Of a stretch of DNA of 18,164 bases, positions 14,859 to 18,164 are shown piece after piece (positions within the stretch are counted from its first letter, which is position 1; each line of letters starts with the position of its first letter). Origin of the DNA: Opitutales bacterium (GTDB lineage Bacteria > Verrucomicrobiota > Verrucomicrobiia > Opitutales > JABSRG01); contig JBMYOQ010000079.1 in NCBI GenBank assembly GCA_049599475.1, positions 1-18,164 on the forward strand, given 5' to 3'. The notes under the pieces are model-generated. The model saw only the letters and a program-made list of their open reading frames with translations. It ran no database searches and was not told the DNA's origin. A program made the position numbers and the translations under genes.

Positions 14859-17800
14859 TTACTGTAGGTGATATAGCTTCAATTCACTGAGCTCCCATTT
14901 GCGGCCGACATTTTCAGCAATTTCGAGTTTAACATACCGCACAGGGAAGGGGTATAGGGCTACCGATTGTCGCTTTTCTTCCGGATTGTTTTTCAAGACT
15001 GCTATGGGTTCGCCAAAGCTGTTTATATCGTCAGCGGTATAGATATTCAGAGTCTCAGCCCATTTATCCTTGGGTGTATTCTCACGATCAATTTCCAAGA
15101 AGCTTAGTGTATTGGTTTTGCCTAGATCAATGATCAGAGCATTACCCGATTCTTGGTTTCGCGGCGTCTGCCAACCTGTCCGAGGGTTGCCATCTTTGAT
15201 TAAGCTCACTTTTTCAGGGTTGAGTTCTGACTGAATGTCCGCGCTGGTGAGATCTAGCGGGAGCCCTTTGGATTGATCGCCGGGCATTCCATTTATCTGA
15301 AGCTCATGAATCGACCAATAGCCGCCCTCGCGCCCCTTCTGAACAATTTTTACATAGCGCCCACGTGCTTGTAGATTTGCGTCGATCCACGTAGATCCAC
15401 GCCCGTCCAATGCAGGCTCTCCCCAACTGTCGGGATCATCCGATACATAGACCTCGAACAACCGAGGATAATCCCCTGCGGACGCTCGTGTATCGATGGA
15501 AATCGAATCGACGGACTGCGATACTCCCAAATCCACCGTCACCCACATATCTGAAGCGTGCTTCATTTGCGCTAGGCTCGACCAGCGGGTCTTGGGATCT
15601 TTGTCGATCATCCTCAACAGCTCCCTTTCATTGTTGTTAAAGTTTGATTCAAAGGTCCAATTCACCTGGCTGGCCGCCTGATAACTGCGATTTATCGTCG
15701 CGCGTGCCGTAGCCACTACAGATGCGTCTGCATGCGCAAGGTATTCTTTGGACAGCTCTCTCACCTCAGAATTGGGGAGTGTCGCAATGGCTTGCAAACA
15801 GGCCTGAATGTCCTTGGGCTCCATGGCGTATTTTAGGAGCGATTGCGTCATCTCCACCTTCTCGCGTGCTGAGAAATCATCTGCATCTGCAAGCATATGG
15901 ACGGCTCCTTTCAGCGCGGTAGATCGAGTCCGCGCATCGGCCGTTCCCGATACAGTATTTACCAAACTTTGAAGCGGCTGCGTACCCTCCCAATTGGCTA
16001 GCGCCTTGACCGCCGAAAATTCGATATCGGCGTGCTCATCTCGAGAGAGGTTTTGTAAATAGCGCAGACCTTCCGGGCTCTGCAACTCACCAAGTAATGC
16101 GACTATGATGGGTCGGTTTTTGGCCAGCGCCTGCCGATCTGCATCGATCAGCACTTTGGAACTCGCGGATACATCCGAAATACGAGACCCGAGCTTGGAT
16201 AAGCTGCTCTTCATCGAGCGCGCTTTAGGATCCTGAGCCACTCGAAGAGCCAATGCCTCGAATTCTGCGGGTCCCCCTGCGAGCGCTAGGGTGCGCATTG
16301 CTTGTCTGGCGACCTTGCTATCCGGTGAGTCTAAGAGTTTCAAGGCCGCTGCACCCATTGAAAGAGTCCCCCGTTCGCTGGCGACTTTCAGGAGGGCTAA
16401 CTGTGTCTTCGCATCGGCAGTTAGTAGGAAGCGAGAGACCTCAGCATCGACCGCGCTACCGCGGAGAAGACCCAATGCATTCGACGCAGCGCTCGAGATC
16501 GCTTTGTCGGCATTTCCCAGCAAACGCACCAAGGGCTCTACTTGCTGTGCGGAGCCAATGTGCCCCACGATCCCGACAGCATCTAGAACCAATGCTTCAG
16601 ATGCATAAAAGCGCTCTACGATACCAGCCACGCCGCTCCCCTCTTGGGCGCCCAAAGCATAGAGCGCATTCCGCGCTTGTGTGGTATTCAAATTCGGGAT
16701 GGCTTCCGCCAAGATTTCGGCAGCATCAGCATGCGTATTTTGTTTCGCCGAGGCGATCGCAGCTTCTACGAGCACAGGATCAGTAGCACTCAAAAACGAT
16801 TGGAGCAGGGATCCTGACGCCCCTGAGTCCATAGCAAGCAGAGCCATCGCAGCCGCAAAGCGAATCTGATTATTTTCGGATTCTTTGAGAATGCGTTTAA
16901 ATCCTTGAGACGCCACCTGAGTGCCCTGTTCTTTCAGAAGCGCTACGATCAGCTCGTCCCGCACAATCATCAGCTCGGGACTTCCAGTGAGCATCCATAA
17001 TTCCTCGACTGAGACCGAACTCTTGCTATGCCCCAAAGCCCACAACGCATGCATTTGGATCGCGGCATCCGCTGACTTCGCAAGCTTCAAAAGCTCCGCA
17101 GAAAACGCCTCTCCGTAGTGTGCCATCCCCGAAATGACTTCAAGCTGTGACTCAACGGGTAAGTTTGGCCAGGAACTACTGACCATATCCGAATACGTAG
17201 CCGCATCCATATTTTGTGTGTAGAATCTCACTACATTTGCGGCTTGATCAGGAGATGCTAATGCGGGCAACGCAGCCCGGTAAGCATCCATCGATGGTGC
17301 TGCACTCAAGGCTTCCAGAGCGGTTACTTTACTCTGAAAACTCGCTTGCGGATCTTGAATTAAACGACCTGCGAGTGCCACTGCCTCATCCATGGAGTCA
17401 TGCCCTCTAGCCTTCTGCAAAAGCTTCAACTTCGCTTCATGTTGCACAGGGCCGTCGATCCGCTTCAGGCGCTCATACAGACCCACGGGCTCATCGGGGG
17501 CATCCAAGTCTCCTGTGACGTATTGAAGGCCCGCCAAGTAATGTTTGAGTACCCGCGGATCACGATACACAGCTTCGTTGTGACCAAAAGAGGTGTAATA
17601 GACCAGCCCCTCGCCAAACTGCCGGACCTGAGTCACACTGTAGTCTTTGTCACTGCGTTGCTTCTTTCCTGTAGGACGCGAAGCCGTGAGCGAATCAGAT
17701 AGATCCATATTGATAATCACGCGCACATCATCCCGAGTGAAATAGGGATCGCGAGCGACATATATTTCATCCTGCAACCGAAACTGCTGGTGATCAAATC

Positions 17801-18098
17801 CACAGGCCAGACAATGATCCGGCTCCTCTACGACGAAGGCGTGTTCATCTCCCGCATTCCAAGGGTGTCCGTTGAAGCGATGCCCGATCATGTGATTGTA
17901 GTCATCCCAGCCCCCATCGGCAGCAGCATGAATCCCCATAAAGCCTCCGCCTTCTTTCACAAACCGAATGATGCTCTCTCGAATCTCTGGATCCTTAATA
18001 TTCTGTTGAATATGGGTTCCATTATTCATGAACATCGCATCGAACTGTTTCAAGTTCTCGTAACGGTAGTCCTCAGGATCATCCGTGAAGGTAAACAC
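14859..18098 (-). CDS. ThuA-like domain + HEAT-repeat solenoid + two F5/8-type C (CBM32-like) domains; 5'-truncated
   Basis: ThuA motifs ENLKQFDAMFMNN, FVKEGGGFMGIHAA, FNGHPW, DEIY, VYYTSFGHN, HYLAGLQY. About 600 aa of Ala/Leu-rich helical repeats follow (ALWALG, ALYALG, AVKALANW). Two discoidin domains close the protein (IDKDPKTRW...WSIHEL; KDGNPRTGW...WELSEL). An in-frame TAG at 18123-18125 removes the signal peptide and first ThuA strands. Confidence 0.85.
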   Translation of the reverse strand: MFTFTDDPEDYRYENLKQFDAMFMNNGTHIQQNIKDPEIRESIIRFVKEGGGFMGIHAAADGGWDDYNHMIGHRFNGHPWNAGDEHAFVVEEPDHCLACGFDHQQFRLQDEIYVARDPYFTRDDVRVIINMDLSDSLTASRPTGKKQRSDKDYSVTQVRQFGEGLVYYTSFGHNEAVYRDPRVLKHYLAGLQYVTGDLDAPDEPVGLYERLKRIDGPVQHEAKLKLLQKARGHDSMDEAVALAGRLIQDPQASFQSKVTALEALSAAPSMDAYRAALPALASPDQAANVVRFYTQNMDAATYSDMVSSSWPNLPVESQLEVISGMAHYGEAFSAELLKLAKSADAAIQMHALWALGHSKSSVSVEELWMLTGSPELMIVRDELIVALLKEQGTQVASQGFKRILKESENNQIRFAAAMALLAMDSGASGSLLQSFLSATDPVLVEAAIASAKQNTHADAAEILAEAIPNLNTTQARNALYALGAQEGSGVAGIVERFYASEALVLDAVGIVGHIGSAQQVEPLVRLLGNADKAISSAASNALGLLRGSAVDAEVSRFLLTADAKTQLALLKVASERGTLSMGAAALKLLDSPDSKVARQAMRTLALAGGPAEFEALALRVAQDPKARSMKSSLSKLGSRISDVSASSKVLIDADRQALAKNRPIIVALLGELQSPEGLRYLQNLSRDEHADIEFSAVKALANWEGTQPLQSLVNTVSGTADARTRSTALKGAVHMLADADDFSAREKVEMTQSLLKYAMEPKDIQACLQAIATLPNSEVRELSKEYLAHADASVVATARATINRSYQAASQVNWTFESNFNNNERELLRMIDKDPKTRWSSLAQMKHASDMWVTVDLGVSQSVDSISIDTRASAGDYPRLFEVYVSDDPDSWGEPALDGRGSTWIDANLQARGRYVKIVQKGREGGYWSIHELQINGMPGDQSKGLPLDLTSADIQSELNPEKVSLIKDGNPRTGWQTPRNQESGNALIIDLGKTNTLSFLEIDRENTPKDKWAETLNIYTADDINSFGEPIAVLKNNPEEKRQSVALYPFPVRYVKLEIAENVGRKWELSELKLYHLQ

Positions 18099-18112
18099 AT
18101 ATTGAGGGAACT

Positions 18113-18164
18113 TATACCGATTCTAAAAATTAAAGAGCCTTAAGGTTGTCTAAGAAGCGTTTAC
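18113..18164. mobile_element. Terminus of an IS-like element (TA|TACCGATTC..., IS630-like), continuing off the right edge
   Basis: Lies at the point where the ThuA frame breaks. A related end occurs at 12271-12305. TA followed by TACC fits TA-targeting IS630-type ends; the family assignment is tentative. Confidence 0.5.

Overview
This 18-kb window looks like a polysaccharide-degradation locus from a PVC-superphylum bacterium, most likely Verrucomicrobiota. That assignment is inferred from a VPEP-CTERM protein, a PVC-style 'GDPDxDGxxNLLEFAFGSDP...RFGRLAV' C-terminal domain and a ThuA-HEAT fusion. It has eight large ORFs. One is on the + strand: a GH2-CBM32. Seven follow on the - strand: ThuA-HEAT-2xCBM32, PEP-CTERM, a clan GH-A agarase-like hydrolase, a multidomain SGNH/SASA esterase, a beta-propeller, a GH2-CBM32 and a Cys-type S1 sulfatase. 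The set points to a sulfated and/or acetylated galactose-containing glycan. No SusC/D pair, transporter or regulator lies in the window. The sequence also shows structure the ORF track misses. Both terminal genes are 5'-truncated at mobile-element-like ends: IS21-like at 1-53 and a TA-TACCGATTC end at 18113 onward. A 144-bp orphan copy (92% identical) of the esterase's C-terminal tail sits behind the sulfatase. The intergenic gaps hold several distinct GTAG-type REP doublets, an IS481-like end abutting a half REP, and a MITE-like element related to the right-edge terminus. All family calls come from motif recognition only; no database searches were run.
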